NCBI GenBank assembly: GCA_013285805.1
Contig: JABDGY010000001.1
Coordinates: 3,212 to 67,211 of the forward strand
Origin: Bacteroidota bacterium
GTDB lineage: Bacteria; Bacteroidota; Bacteroidia; JABEUT01
Direction: 5' to 3'
DNA: 64,000 bases
Shown here: piece after piece, positions 44,182 through 53,671 of the stretch
How the letters are laid out: the number at the start of each line of letters is the position of its first letter
Numbering within the stretch: position 1 is the first letter of the stretch
Position numbers and translations under genes: made by a program
The notes under the pieces: generated by a model
Databases searched by the model: none
What the model saw: the letters and a program-made list of their open reading frames with translations, nothing else
Told to the model about the DNA's origin: nothing

Positions 44182-46749
44182 TCATCCGCATTTTGTGTAG
44201 CCGCAGTTTTTACACTTCAGGCAGCCTTCTTCGTAAATAAGGCCGTTTTCATCTCCGCAGCTCGAACATTTTTTGTCCTTGCTCTGGGCGCCATCGGGTA
44301 TATATTTCTTCAATGCCCTTTCAACACCTGCTTTCCATGTATTAATAGAATCATCGTACAGGTTAAGGTTAGCAATAAGGTCAACTACATGCGGTATTGG
44401 CATGCCATGGCGCAATACGCCTGATATAAGCTTGGCATAGTTCCAGAATTCCTTATCGAAACTACGTGATAAGCCTTCCATAGTAACGTTGTAACCGTCC
44501 TTGTCCTTATAACGGAAATCGTACCGCTTCTTGCCTTCTTCGTTGGTGTTCTTTATAACCCAACCCTTCTGAACCCAAGCAGGGAAAATAAATGCATCGT
44601 CGGCTTTACCGGTAAACACCTCATAAGGCTTACCATTCAATATACCTACAACAGCAAGCCACTTCTCGGCGCCATTGTTAAAACGTATAACCTCGGCTTC
44701 CAGTTCCTTCGGGCGCTTAGGCGGTTGTGTTTCCATTATCTGTCCGTTAGCAGAAACTTTTTTGCTCTTATCCTCAGCTGCAATAAGCACACCACTGCGT
44801 GAACCATCGCGGTATACGGTAATGCCCTTAAGGCCATGTTTCCATGCTTCTACATATATCTCACCTACTTTATCAACCGGAACATCGTTTGGCAGGTTAA
44901 TGGTTGAGCTGATGCTATGCGTTGTATACTTCTGAACAAGCGATTGTAATTCAACACGTTTAATCCAATCAATTTCAGGAGCTGTTGAACCACTGTAAGG
45001 GCTTTGTGTAATATCGGTATTGCCTGTAACATCCATCCAGGTCTTCACTTTAGGATGGTACACCATAAACTCTTCCCACTTGTCGCCCATCTTATCTACA
45101 AAGTCAACCTTAGCGTTTTTGTCATTAGGGTTAATCTTCCTTCTCCTCTTGTATGATAACAGGTAAACAGGCTCTAAACCCGATGAGGTTTCTGCCAATA
45201 TGCTTAAGCTACCGGTTGGCGCAACTGTGCTTATGGAAATATTCCTGCGGCCCAGTTTCATCATGCGCTTGTACACATCAGGCATTTCTTTCTTCATCAT
45301 CTGAACGAACTCAGATGTGTTCTCTATCTTGGAGTCAAATCCTTCAAATGAACCACGTTCTACTGAAAGGTCAATTGAACTGGTGAACTCAGCTTCGCAT
45401 TTGGTGCGCATAATCTTATCCACTTCAGCCATAGCTTCTTCTGAATCGAACTGGAAGTTAAGTGCAGCCATTGCATCGCCCAGCGCGGTAAAGCCAAGGC
45501 CTGTTCTGCGGCCCTTCTTACCGGCTTCGTATAAAAGCTTCCAGGTATTAACCTCAATTTGCTTAATGTCGTATGGTTCTTTATCGGTCTGAATCTTTGA
45601 TATTATCTTTTCAATAGCCTCCAACTCAAGGTCAACTAAGTCATCCATCAGGCGCTGCGACTCGTAGGTAACCTCGTAGAACTTCTTATAATCGAACGAA
45701 GCAGCAGGTGTAAACGGATTATTTACAAAATTGTAAAGGTTAATCGCGATGAGCCTGCAGCTATCGCCACCTTGCATTGCTATTTCAGAGCAAGGGTTAG
45801 TCGATACGTTTTTGAAACCGGGGTATACCGAAGAAGTAGAGTACTTGTGCTGGCGATCCCAGAAAATAAGGCCTGGTTCAGCGCTCTGGTGAGCCGCTTT
45901 AATAACGGTGTTCCATAAGTCGCGTGCCTGTATAGTTTTGGTAACCGAAGGAGTATCTGATTCAATTGGCCAGCGGTGTGTATATTCTTTGTCGTCAACT
46001 ACAGCCTGCATAAACTCGTCAGACAAGCGAACAGAGATGTTAGCGCCGGTTACCTTGGTAAGGTCTTGTTTTATCAGAACAAAGTTCTCTACGTCAGGGT
46101 GAGCTATGTCTATTGTAATCATTAATGCGCCGCGGCGGCCGTTCTGAGCAACTTCGCGGGTAGTGTTTGAAAATCTTTCCATGAACGATACTGCTCCTGT
46201 GGTTGTTCCGGCAGCATTGTTAACTGAAATACCTGATGGGCGGAGTGTAGAAATATCGATACCAACACCGCAACGGCGTTTGAATAGCTGGGCCAGTTGC
46301 TGGTCGGTGTACATAATGCCTCCGTAAGAGTCATATATTTCAGGAAGAACCACGCAATTCGACAATGAAGCGATAACATGCTTGTTACCCAACCCAAACA
46401 TTACGCTTCCTTGCGGAATAACATACTTAAAGCCTTTGAACAATTCAAATATCTTTTCTTCGGAAAGGAGCTCCCTTTTTTGCCCGTATTCAGAAAGGAG
46501 GTCGGCCTTACCGTTCATAGTGGAATATTCCGCATACTCTTTTTCTTTGCGTGCGAATTCATGCGCCATGCGTCGGTGCATATCATCGGGGGTGCTTTCC
46601 TGCAGGTTTCCGTTCTTATCGCGCAGGGCGTATTTGTTCATCCAGGTTGATGCGGCTAATTCATCACCTCCGAAATACTTTATGCACTTCTCTCTTATCT
46701 GCTCATAAGTTAGTGCCATCTTGGTTTGGGTTGCTTGTTCTTTTATCAT
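44182..46749 (-). CDS. nrdJ: adenosylcobalamin-dependent (class II) ribonucleotide reductase with a C-terminal Cys-rich zinc-ribbon tail
   Basis: 855 aa. The N-terminus YFGGDELAASTWMNKYALRD, the PCSEI active-site Cys loop and the STSS...TVYRDGSR region are typical of RNR. The tail is CSSCGDENGLIYEEGCLKCKNCGYTKCG. The start may instead be the internal MALTYEQ. Confidence 0.88.
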   Translation of the reverse strand: MIKEQATQTKMALTYEQIREKCIKYFGGDELAASTWMNKYALRDKNGNLQESTPDDMHRRMAHEFARKEKEYAEYSTMNGKADLLSEYGQKRELLSEEKIFELFKGFKYVIPQGSVMFGLGNKHVIASLSNCVVLPEIYDSYGGIMYTDQQLAQLFKRRCGVGIDISTLRPSGISVNNAAGTTTGAVSFMERFSNTTREVAQNGRRGALMITIDIAHPDVENFVLIKQDLTKVTGANISVRLSDEFMQAVVDDKEYTHRWPIESDTPSVTKTIQARDLWNTVIKAAHQSAEPGLIFWDRQHKYSTSSVYPGFKNVSTNPCSEIAMQGGDSCRLIAINLYNFVNNPFTPAASFDYKKFYEVTYESQRLMDDLVDLELEAIEKIISKIQTDKEPYDIKQIEVNTWKLLYEAGKKGRRTGLGFTALGDAMAALNFQFDSEEAMAEVDKIMRTKCEAEFTSSIDLSVERGSFEGFDSKIENTSEFVQMMKKEMPDVYKRMMKLGRRNISISTVAPTGSLSILAETSSGLEPVYLLSYKRRRKINPNDKNAKVDFVDKMGDKWEEFMVYHPKVKTWMDVTGNTDITQSPYSGSTAPEIDWIKRVELQSLVQKYTTHSISSTINLPNDVPVDKVGEIYVEAWKHGLKGITVYRDGSRSGVLIAAEDKSKKVSANGQIMETQPPKRPKELEAEVIRFNNGAEKWLAVVGILNGKPYEVFTGKADDAFIFPAWVQKGWVIKNTNEEGKKRYDFRYKDKDGYNVTMEGLSRSFDKEFWNYAKLISGVLRHGMPIPHVVDLIANLNLYDDSINTWKAGVERALKKYIPDGAQSKDKKCSSCGDENGLIYEEGCLKCKNCGYTKCG

Positions 46750-46936
46750 CGGGCAAAACGTTAAATATTGTTTACGATTCTTTAATTCTCACTTTTCAAA
46801 AGCGTATTCGCAAAAATATATTTGTGGCAATTTGTGGAGCCGTATACTGATTTGTATTTTTTAACATGGTTATTAACACTTACCTAAAAACGCCCAACTG
46901 GTAAGGATTTGCGACGAAATAAACTTTTCAACAATT

Positions 46937-48157
46937 TTAGTGCCTCGTCATTAACAATAGGCCTAAATCCTTATAGGGAATCTTAAAAGCCTCTCCTAAA
47001 TATTTATTTGTCAGCATTCCATTATATATGTACACTCCGTTTCTTATCTTTTCATCCTGTCGTATCAAATTATCCAGTCCGCCTTCTTCGCCTACACGCA
47101 ACAGCATAGGGGTAAAAATGTTGCTGAAAGCTATAGAAGCAGTCCGGGCCACACGCGATGCAATGTTAGGGACACAGTAATGTGTTACACCATGCTTGCG
47201 GAAAACAGGGTCGTTGTGGGTTGTAACCCTCGATGTTTCAAAGCATCCGCCCTGGTCAATGCTCACATCTACAATCACAGAGCCCGCTTTCATATCAGCA
47301 ACCATCTCTTCGGTAACCACACATGGGGTTCTGCCACCCGTTGAACGTATGGCGCCTATCACCACATCGGCCGATTTCAAATGGCGCGCCAGCACACGCG
47401 GACGAATGGTAGATGTAAATACGCGGACGCCTACCATAGTCTGCAACCTTCTTAACCTATATATTGAGTTGTCGAATACTTTTACTATAGCTCCCCTACC
47501 CAATGCGGCACGCGCGGCAAACTCGCCAACTGTACCGGCACCCAATATTATTACTTCCGTTGGCGCTATACCCGACACACCACCCATAATAAGGCCGGGG
47601 CCGTCGTGTACATTACTTAAATACTCTTCCGCTATAGATATAGACGTTCCACCCACAATTTCACTCATGGAACGGATAACAGGGAATATTCCAGATTCAT
47701 CCTGTATCCAGTCGAACGCAATAGCATGTACCTTCTTTTGCATAAGGTGCTTAAGAAAATCTTTCGGTTGAACAGTAAGTTGCAGTGCCGAGATAAGCGT
47801 CTGTCCCGGCTTCATTCGGTTGGCCTCATTTTGCAAAGGAGGCGCAACCTTCAATATAATATCCGATTTATAAACGTCTTCAGCTGTATAGGCTATCTGC
47901 GCTCCGGCTTCACTATAATCGCTGTCCTCAAAGTGGGCGTTTTTACCTGCACCGGTTTCTATAAGCACCTGGTGGTCGTTGTTTACCAATAGGGCCACAT
48001 CATCAGGTACCAATGCAATACGGTTTTCCTGCGACGATATTTCTTTAGGTATGCCAATATACAGGCTACCTTTCTTTTTTGCCACCTCAAGCATTTCTTC
48101 CTGCGGGGCCATAGCCTGAAGCGATAATGACTTGAGTATATCCTGGGATGTTGCCAT
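46937..48157 (-). CDS. ald: alanine dehydrogenase / PNT-family NAD(H)-dependent dehydrogenase
   Basis: It has an AlaDH/PNT N-domain and the Rossmann motif VIILGAGTVGEFAARAALGRGA. At 406 aa it has an N-terminal extension. Confidence 0.7.
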   Translation of the reverse strand: MATSQDILKSLSLQAMAPQEEMLEVAKKKGSLYIGIPKEISSQENRIALVPDDVALLVNNDHQVLIETGAGKNAHFEDSDYSEAGAQIAYTAEDVYKSDIILKVAPPLQNEANRMKPGQTLISALQLTVQPKDFLKHLMQKKVHAIAFDWIQDESGIFPVIRSMSEIVGGTSISIAEEYLSNVHDGPGLIMGGVSGIAPTEVIILGAGTVGEFAARAALGRGAIVKVFDNSIYRLRRLQTMVGVRVFTSTIRPRVLARHLKSADVVIGAIRSTGGRTPCVVTEEMVADMKAGSVIVDVSIDQGGCFETSRVTTHNDPVFRKHGVTHYCVPNIASRVARTASIAFSNIFTPMLLRVGEEGGLDNLIRQDEKIRNGVYIYNGMLTNKYLGEAFKIPYKDLGLLLMTRH

Positions 48158-48171
48158 AAAAATTACGTGGG

Positions 48172-48588
48172 TTATTTTATTTCAATTTCTCTGTTGCCTT
48201 TATCCTTTATATATATATGTATGTTCACTGCATCGGGCGGAATGAGTTCCTTTATGAGTTCGGGCCACTCTATAAAACAATAATTACCTGAATAAAAATA
48301 CTCCTCATAACCCATATCGTAAGCCTCGTGCACACCCTTAACCCTGTAAAAATCGAAGTGGTAAATAACATGGCTTTTGCCCTGGTATTCATTCACTAAA
48401 GCAAAGGTGGGGCTGCTTACCTGCCCTTGAACACCCAATACCTTACAAAGATACTTAATAAAGGTGGTTTTTCCACTCCCCAGGTTACCGGAAAATGTGA
48501 ACACCCTATTGTTCTTAAACTCGGTTAATAGCTCCTCGGCTACCTGTTTTAACTGGTTTTCTTCTGTTATCGTCCATTTATGCTTCAT
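48172..48588 (-). CDS. tsaE: tRNA t6A37 biosynthesis ATPase TsaE
   Basis: 138 aa with the Walker A motif GNLGSGKTTFIK, plus SPTFALVNEY and HFDFYR motifs. Confidence 0.85.
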   Translation of the reverse strand: MKHKWTITEENQLKQVAEELLTEFKNNRVFTFSGNLGSGKTTFIKYLCKVLGVQGQVSSPTFALVNEYQGKSHVIYHFDFYRVKGVHEAYDMGYEEYFYSGNYCFIEWPELIKELIPPDAVNIHIYIKDKGNREIEIK

Positions 48589-48757
48589 ACACAGCTATTT
48601 CGGCATAAAAATACGGAATAATGGCGCTCGTTCGAAATTACAATGCTGCGTTAGGGATAGTAGTGGAAAGCCCACAGCGTAGCGAGGACTTGAAACGAAT
48701 AGCCCGACCCAAAGGGGGAACGCCCAAATAAGAAGAATAATTAAATACCAACAATTA

Positions 48758-50314
48758 TTACTTAGGCGACAGCGCCACCAATGGAATAATCATTTCTTCT
48801 AATGATATACCCCCATGCTGGAAAGTATCCTTATAATAGTTAACGTAATAGTTAAAGTTATTGGGATAAGCAAAGAACTTGTCTCCTTTCACAAAAACAA
48901 ATACGCTGCTTACATGCTGGCGAGGCAAAAAGGCCTCGGCCGGGTTTTTAACCGCGAATACATCTTTAGCCTGGTAAGTAAGGCTCTTGCCCGACTTATA
49001 GCGCAGGTTGGTATTGGTGTTTTTATCTCCTATCACCTTCGTCGGCTCGGTAACCTTTATGGTACCGTGGTCGGTGGTAATAATAAGCTTACCCTTTTCA
49101 GCGGCAATGTTCTTTAATATATCATGCAGGGGCGAATGCTTGAACCAAGAAAGCGTAATAGAACGGTATGCAGCATCGTCGCTGGCAAGTTCTCGTATCA
49201 CTTCCATTTCGGTACGGGCATGCGACAGCATATCAACAAAGTTGTAGACAATCACATTCAGCTTGTTGCCCATAAGTGAGTGAATATTATCGGCTAACTG
49301 CTTGCCGGCGTTATGGTTTGTTATCTTATGGTATGATATCTTAAGATTCTTACCCAATCGTTTAAGGTTGCCCTCCAGTAATTCCGCTTCATTCAGGTTC
49401 TTGCCGCCTTCTTCTTCATCATTAAGCCACAGGCCCGGGTGCATCTTCTCAATTTCCGATGGCATAAGCCCTGCGAATATGGCATTACGTGCATACTGGG
49501 TACAGGTTGGCAATATAGCGAAGTACGATTCTTCTTTGTCTACCTTAAACAGTTCTTCAATTTCAGGTTGCAATACCTTCCATTGGTCGAAGCGCAGGTT
49601 ATCAATAAGCACCATGAAAGTCGGCACAGCTTCTTTTTCCACTAAAGGCAATATCTTATTCCTCATCAGTGTATGCGACATTGCAGGAACATCGGTTGTT
49701 TTGCGTTGCAGCCAGCTGATGTAGTTCTTCTCTATAAACTTGCAGAACAGGGTATTGGCTTCAGACTTTTGCATCTGGTAAACCTCTTTCATACTTTCAT
49801 CGCCCGATCTTTCAAGCTCAAGCTCCCAGTAAATAAGCTTCTTATATACGTCTTCCCACTGCTTATAAGTAAGGTTATCGCCCAGCATCATACCTATATT
49901 ACGGAATTCCTGCTGGTAGCCCGATGTGGTCTTCTCGCTTATAAGACGGTTCTTGTCAATATTCTTCTTTATAGAAAGCAATATCTGCCCTGGGTTAACA
50001 GGCTTAATAAGGTAGTCTGATATTTTAGAACCTATAGCATCGTCCATAATGGCCTCTTCTTCGCTCTTGGTTATCATTACCACAGGCACACGCTGGTTAA
50101 TGTTCTTTATTTTGCCCAGGGTTTCAATACCCGAAATGCCCGGCATGTTCTCATCGAGAAAAACTATATCGAAAGGCCCTTTGGAAAATTCCTCCACCGC
50201 GTCGTTACCATTGGTAACTGCTTTAACATCATATCCTTTTTCTTGTAGATATAAGAGGTGGGGTTTCAGAAGGTCTATTTCATCGTCGGCCCACAGAATG
50301 CTTATTTTTCCCAT
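48758..50314 (-). CDS. porX: PorX-type response regulator (receiver + PglZ/alkaline-phosphatase-superfamily domain)
   Basis: 518 aa. The receiver region is ILWADDEIDLL...DIVFLDENMPGISG...ITKSEEE. The long C-terminal PglZ-like domain contains DNLRFDQW and TTDHG. The length matches what I recall for PorX. Confidence 0.78.
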   Translation of the reverse strand: MGKISILWADDEIDLLKPHLLYLQEKGYDVKAVTNGNDAVEEFSKGPFDIVFLDENMPGISGIETLGKIKNINQRVPVVMITKSEEEAIMDDAIGSKISDYLIKPVNPGQILLSIKKNIDKNRLISEKTTSGYQQEFRNIGMMLGDNLTYKQWEDVYKKLIYWELELERSGDESMKEVYQMQKSEANTLFCKFIEKNYISWLQRKTTDVPAMSHTLMRNKILPLVEKEAVPTFMVLIDNLRFDQWKVLQPEIEELFKVDKEESYFAILPTCTQYARNAIFAGLMPSEIEKMHPGLWLNDEEEGGKNLNEAELLEGNLKRLGKNLKISYHKITNHNAGKQLADNIHSLMGNKLNVIVYNFVDMLSHARTEMEVIRELASDDAAYRSITLSWFKHSPLHDILKNIAAEKGKLIITTDHGTIKVTEPTKVIGDKNTNTNLRYKSGKSLTYQAKDVFAVKNPAEAFLPRQHVSSVFVFVKGDKFFAYPNNFNYYVNYYKDTFQHGGISLEEMIIPLVALSPK

Positions 50315-50450
50315 TTTTGCGAAGTATTACAAAGTTTCTAATCAGTCTTCAAAACATAATGAATGGTGTTTACACTCATTCATTACAAAGATAACGATAC
50401 TTATCCAGCATTATTGGATGCCAATTGTGAAAATGTGTTAAATTATACTA

Positions 50451-50520
50451 CTAACCACTAAGACACTTAGAGCACTTAGACTCACTTAGTGAAACTTTGT
50501 GAACTTAGTGCCTTAGTGGT
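50451..50520. repeat. cluster of CACTTAG/CTTAGTG words
   Basis: ACCACTAAG ... CACTTAG-AG-CACTTAG-ACT-CACTTAGTG ... ACTTAGTG-C-CTTAGTGGT. The terminal 9-mers are inverted copies. Confidence 0.55.
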
Positions 50521-50537
50521 AAAATGAAAAAAGCTAT

Positions 50538-51764
50538 ATGATAAAACGCAAAATAGTCAACGACCCCATATATGGTTTTATAACCATACCCGACGGAATA
50601 ATCTTTAAACTGGTAGAGCACCCCTACTTCCAGAGGCTTCGCCGCATACAGCAATTGGGCATAACCTCGCTGGTTTACCCAGGCGCTATACATACCCGTT
50701 TCCATCATGCATTGGGCGCCATGCACCTTATGACCAACGCTATTGAAACCCTGCGCAGCAAAGGCATAGAGATTACAGATAATGAAGCTGAAAGCGCACA
50801 GATAGCCATATTACTCCATGATATTGGCCATGGGCCATTCTCGCATATACTGGAACACAGCATTGTAAAAGGTATATCTCATGAGGATATATCTGCCATG
50901 CTAATGGAGAGACTGAACAAGGAATTTAAAGGCAAGCTGACACTTGCCATCAAGATTTTCCGTGGCGAATATCACAAAAAGTTTTTGCACCAGCTTGTCT
51001 CCAGCCAATTAGATGTTGACCGCCTCGACTACCTTACCCGCGATACTTTCTTTACCGGTGTATCGGAAGGCGTAATTGGTTACGACCGCATTATAAAGAT
51101 GCTTACCGTTGCCGATGGAAACCTTGTAGTGGAAGCCAAAGGCATTTATTCCATTGAGAAATTCATTATCGCGCGCAGGCTTATGTACTGGCAGGTTTAC
51201 CTGCACAAAACAGTGCTGAGCGGCATGGAACTTTTAGTGAACATTTTAAAACGCGCCAAAGAATTGGCCGATGCCGGAGAAGAACTTTTCTGTACACCTG
51301 CGTTCGCTATATTCCTTTTCAACGACCTGGGCAAAAAAGATTTCGCTAAATATCCCGACCTGCTTGATGCTTTTGCGCAATTAGATGATTATGATGTGCT
51401 GAGCTCCATAAAAGTATGGACCGGCCACGATGACAATATCCTCTCTACATTATGTACCTGGCTCATTAACCGCCACCTGTACAAAATAGTATTACAGGAT
51501 AAGCCCATTGCCAAAAGCCAGTTGAAAATATTACAGGAGGAAGCTATGGACAAATACAAGGTTACGGCTAAAGAAGTGGGCTACTTTGTATCAACCGACC
51601 AGGTTACTAATGATATTTACAGCACCCAGCAGGTACGGATAAATATTGTATACCCCAATGGCAAAATTATGGACTTCACCAAAGCATCGGACAACTTAAA
51701 TACCAATGCCATTAATACGGTGACAAGAAAGTATTTTGTGTGCTATCCGAAGGGGTTGATATAA
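50538..51764 (+). CDS. HD-domain phosphohydrolase (dNTPase/SAMHD1-like family)
   Basis: RFHHALGAMHL ... LLHDIGHGPFSH ... DVDRLDYLTRD matches the HD...D signature. Confidence 0.8.
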   Translation: MIKRKIVNDPIYGFITIPDGIIFKLVEHPYFQRLRRIQQLGITSLVYPGAIHTRFHHALGAMHLMTNAIETLRSKGIEITDNEAESAQIAILLHDIGHGPFSHILEHSIVKGISHEDISAMLMERLNKEFKGKLTLAIKIFRGEYHKKFLHQLVSSQLDVDRLDYLTRDTFFTGVSEGVIGYDRIIKMLTVADGNLVVEAKGIYSIEKFIIARRLMYWQVYLHKTVLSGMELLVNILKRAKELADAGEELFCTPAFAIFLFNDLGKKDFAKYPDLLDAFAQLDDYDVLSSIKVWTGHDDNILSTLCTWLINRHLYKIVLQDKPIAKSQLKILQEEAMDKYKVTAKEVGYFVSTDQVTNDIYSTQQVRINIVYPNGKIMDFTKASDNLNTNAINTVTRKYFVCYPKGLI

Positions 51765-51773
51765 TTTTTCTCT

Positions 51774-52532
51774 ATGCCCTTCTACGATTTACCCAAACCC
51801 GAGCGCGAAAAGCTGGTTGAGAAAATAACCAATACCATTGCTGCTGAAATAAATTCAGGTAAGCTGAAAAATACTGTCGCCTATTTTTCAGATGAAGACA
51901 CCTACATACGCAAAAGCGCATACCTGGCTATTGGCAGGATATATGAGGAAAGCAAACCGCTGCAAAAGAAAATACTGGCTATACTCGACAAGCTACTGAA
52001 AGATGAAGATGCCAAAATAAGGCAAACGGTTATTAACGCAGCGGGAGAAATTGGTAAAACCGATTTCGACATTGTTCAGCACTTTTTTGATACGGGATTA
52101 TTTGATGAGCACCACTCCGTTCGCAATGCTGTAATAGGTTCTATGAAAAAGATGGGAGAAAAGAATCCGAAGCCGGTGCTTGCATGGTCGAAGAAATACT
52201 TGCACCATACCGATAAAGAAATACGCCGTGAAATATGCCACGGTATTGAGTTGCGTGGGCGCACCCACCCACGGGACATTTTGCCTTTACTTAAAGAATT
52301 GCAACACGATAAAACGGCTCGTGTAAGAAACACGCTTGTGCATGTGCTGGGGCAAATAGCCTACAAAAAAGGCTGCCTTGAAACTGTACTGAAAGACTTA
52401 AAGACATGGGACAATCCCGAATTAGTTGCCGATGCCATTGAAGAGATTATAGATGTACACGACAGGTACAAGAATTTTTCTTTCTATACACAAAAGGAAG
52501 CGAAAGAGATAGTGATAAAAGCCGGATACTAA
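51774..52532 (+). CDS. HEAT-repeat protein (DNA-alkylation-repair/AlkD-like fold possible)
   Basis: Repeated helical units with the conserved pattern D...(I/V)R..A are present (EDTYIRKSA, EDAKIRQTV, EHHSVRNAV, DKEIRREI, KTARVRNTL). Confidence 0.5.
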   Translation: MPFYDLPKPEREKLVEKITNTIAAEINSGKLKNTVAYFSDEDTYIRKSAYLAIGRIYEESKPLQKKILAILDKLLKDEDAKIRQTVINAAGEIGKTDFDIVQHFFDTGLFDEHHSVRNAVIGSMKKMGEKNPKPVLAWSKKYLHHTDKEIRREICHGIELRGRTHPRDILPLLKELQHDKTARVRNTLVHVLGQIAYKKGCLETVLKDLKTWDNPELVADAIEEIIDVHDRYKNFSFYTQKEAKEIVIKAGY

Positions 52533-53516
52533 TCAGTTTTTAATCTCCATCGCCACTCTAAAACCTGTATCATTCGACCTGTAATTAGTTGAATCGTAAC
52601 CTTGCTGCACAGGTATGCGCAAAAAGTAGCCCATATCCTTCCAGCCCCCGCCTTTGGTAATGCCCTTCTCTCTTACAAATTGCCTTACATTGCCTGCCAT
52701 ATTATACAGGCCATATCCGTTTGGCCAGAACGCTTTAACCGGTGCCGTTGCCTCATACGAATGCACATCGTTGCAGTTGTATGAATCTAAAGTAGAAGGC
52801 GCTGTTGAGCCCACCGGAAAGTCACCCGCGGTAATTGTATATGATTCGTGCTTACCATTTTTAGTGCGCTTAACACCTATTATAGCGCCCTGGTCAACCG
52901 GAATAAAATCGGCCTGCCACTGCCCCTTATCATTTTGCAGGCTGTACCCCTTCCAGGGAAATAATGGCAACGCCAATCCGCCCGAAGCAGCCTGTTCCCA
53001 TTCATAAACAGTAGGCAATGTAAATTCAACCTTACTGTATTTCCGCTTATCTTCCTTCATGTAATGCGTTGTGAGCCATTTGCAGTAATACTCCGCCTGT
53101 TCGTGCGTAACTCCAACCACTGGATAATCGCCATAAGCCGGATGCCAGAAATACATATTTGTATATGCCTGCATACTCCATCTATTCCTACTCCATACAA
53201 GGGTATCGGGCATCATCCTCTTATATGCATCCCCGTCATTTTGTTTCAGGTCGTTCAGGAAAAAGCGATACTCCGCGTTTGTCACATCGTGGTCGCACAT
53301 GTAAAACCCTTTTACCGACGCTCCCCTGAGTTTGGTAGTATCGTAATTCATTTTTACACCGTCGTACAGTTCAACACTGTCGCTGTAAATTATTGAACCT
53401 GCCGGAATATATTGCATGGCATTCTCAAAATCTTTTAGCCTGAAGGTAGCATACGGTGTTTTCTTTCCTGCCCAGCAAAACAGGACAACAATGGTAAGAA
53501 AAAGGATACGTTTCAT
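52533..53516 (-). CDS. formylglycine-generating-enzyme family (SUMF1/EgtB/PvdO) protein
   Basis: It has a signal peptide and the motifs YPVVGVTHEQAEYYCKWL, YGLYNMAGNVRQFV and TGFRVAM. Confidence 0.78.
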   Translation of the reverse strand: MKRILFLTIVVLFCWAGKKTPYATFRLKDFENAMQYIPAGSIIYSDSVELYDGVKMNYDTTKLRGASVKGFYMCDHDVTNAEYRFFLNDLKQNDGDAYKRMMPDTLVWSRNRWSMQAYTNMYFWHPAYGDYPVVGVTHEQAEYYCKWLTTHYMKEDKRKYSKVEFTLPTVYEWEQAASGGLALPLFPWKGYSLQNDKGQWQADFIPVDQGAIIGVKRTKNGKHESYTITAGDFPVGSTAPSTLDSYNCNDVHSYEATAPVKAFWPNGYGLYNMAGNVRQFVREKGITKGGGWKDMGYFLRIPVQQGYDSTNYRSNDTGFRVAMEIKN

Positions 53517-53671
53517 TATGGTTGTTTATACCCATAATGCACTTCCCTATGAAAAGATACAGGGAATTTAAGAATTATGATTTAAGATTTTTGGATTTGC
53601 TCTAAGGCATTCTCCTTCCCTTCGGGGAGGACGGGAGGGGCCGTTTATTTTTTTTATTGTACTTTTACGGC

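Noticed and set aside
46811-46826. Calling the palindrome a bona fide NrdR box.
   Set aside because: The conserved C/G positions appear shifted by one relative to the consensus as I remember it (acaCwAtATaTwGtgt), and I cannot score it. It is kept only as a generic operator candidate.
46750-46936. Cobalamin riboswitch upstream of the B12-dependent RNR.
   Set aside because: No B12 box (GCCACTG on the minus strand, CAGTGGC on the plus strand) is visible, and the GC-rich multi-stem core is absent. Such riboswitches usually control B12-independent isozymes or transport rather than nrdJ.
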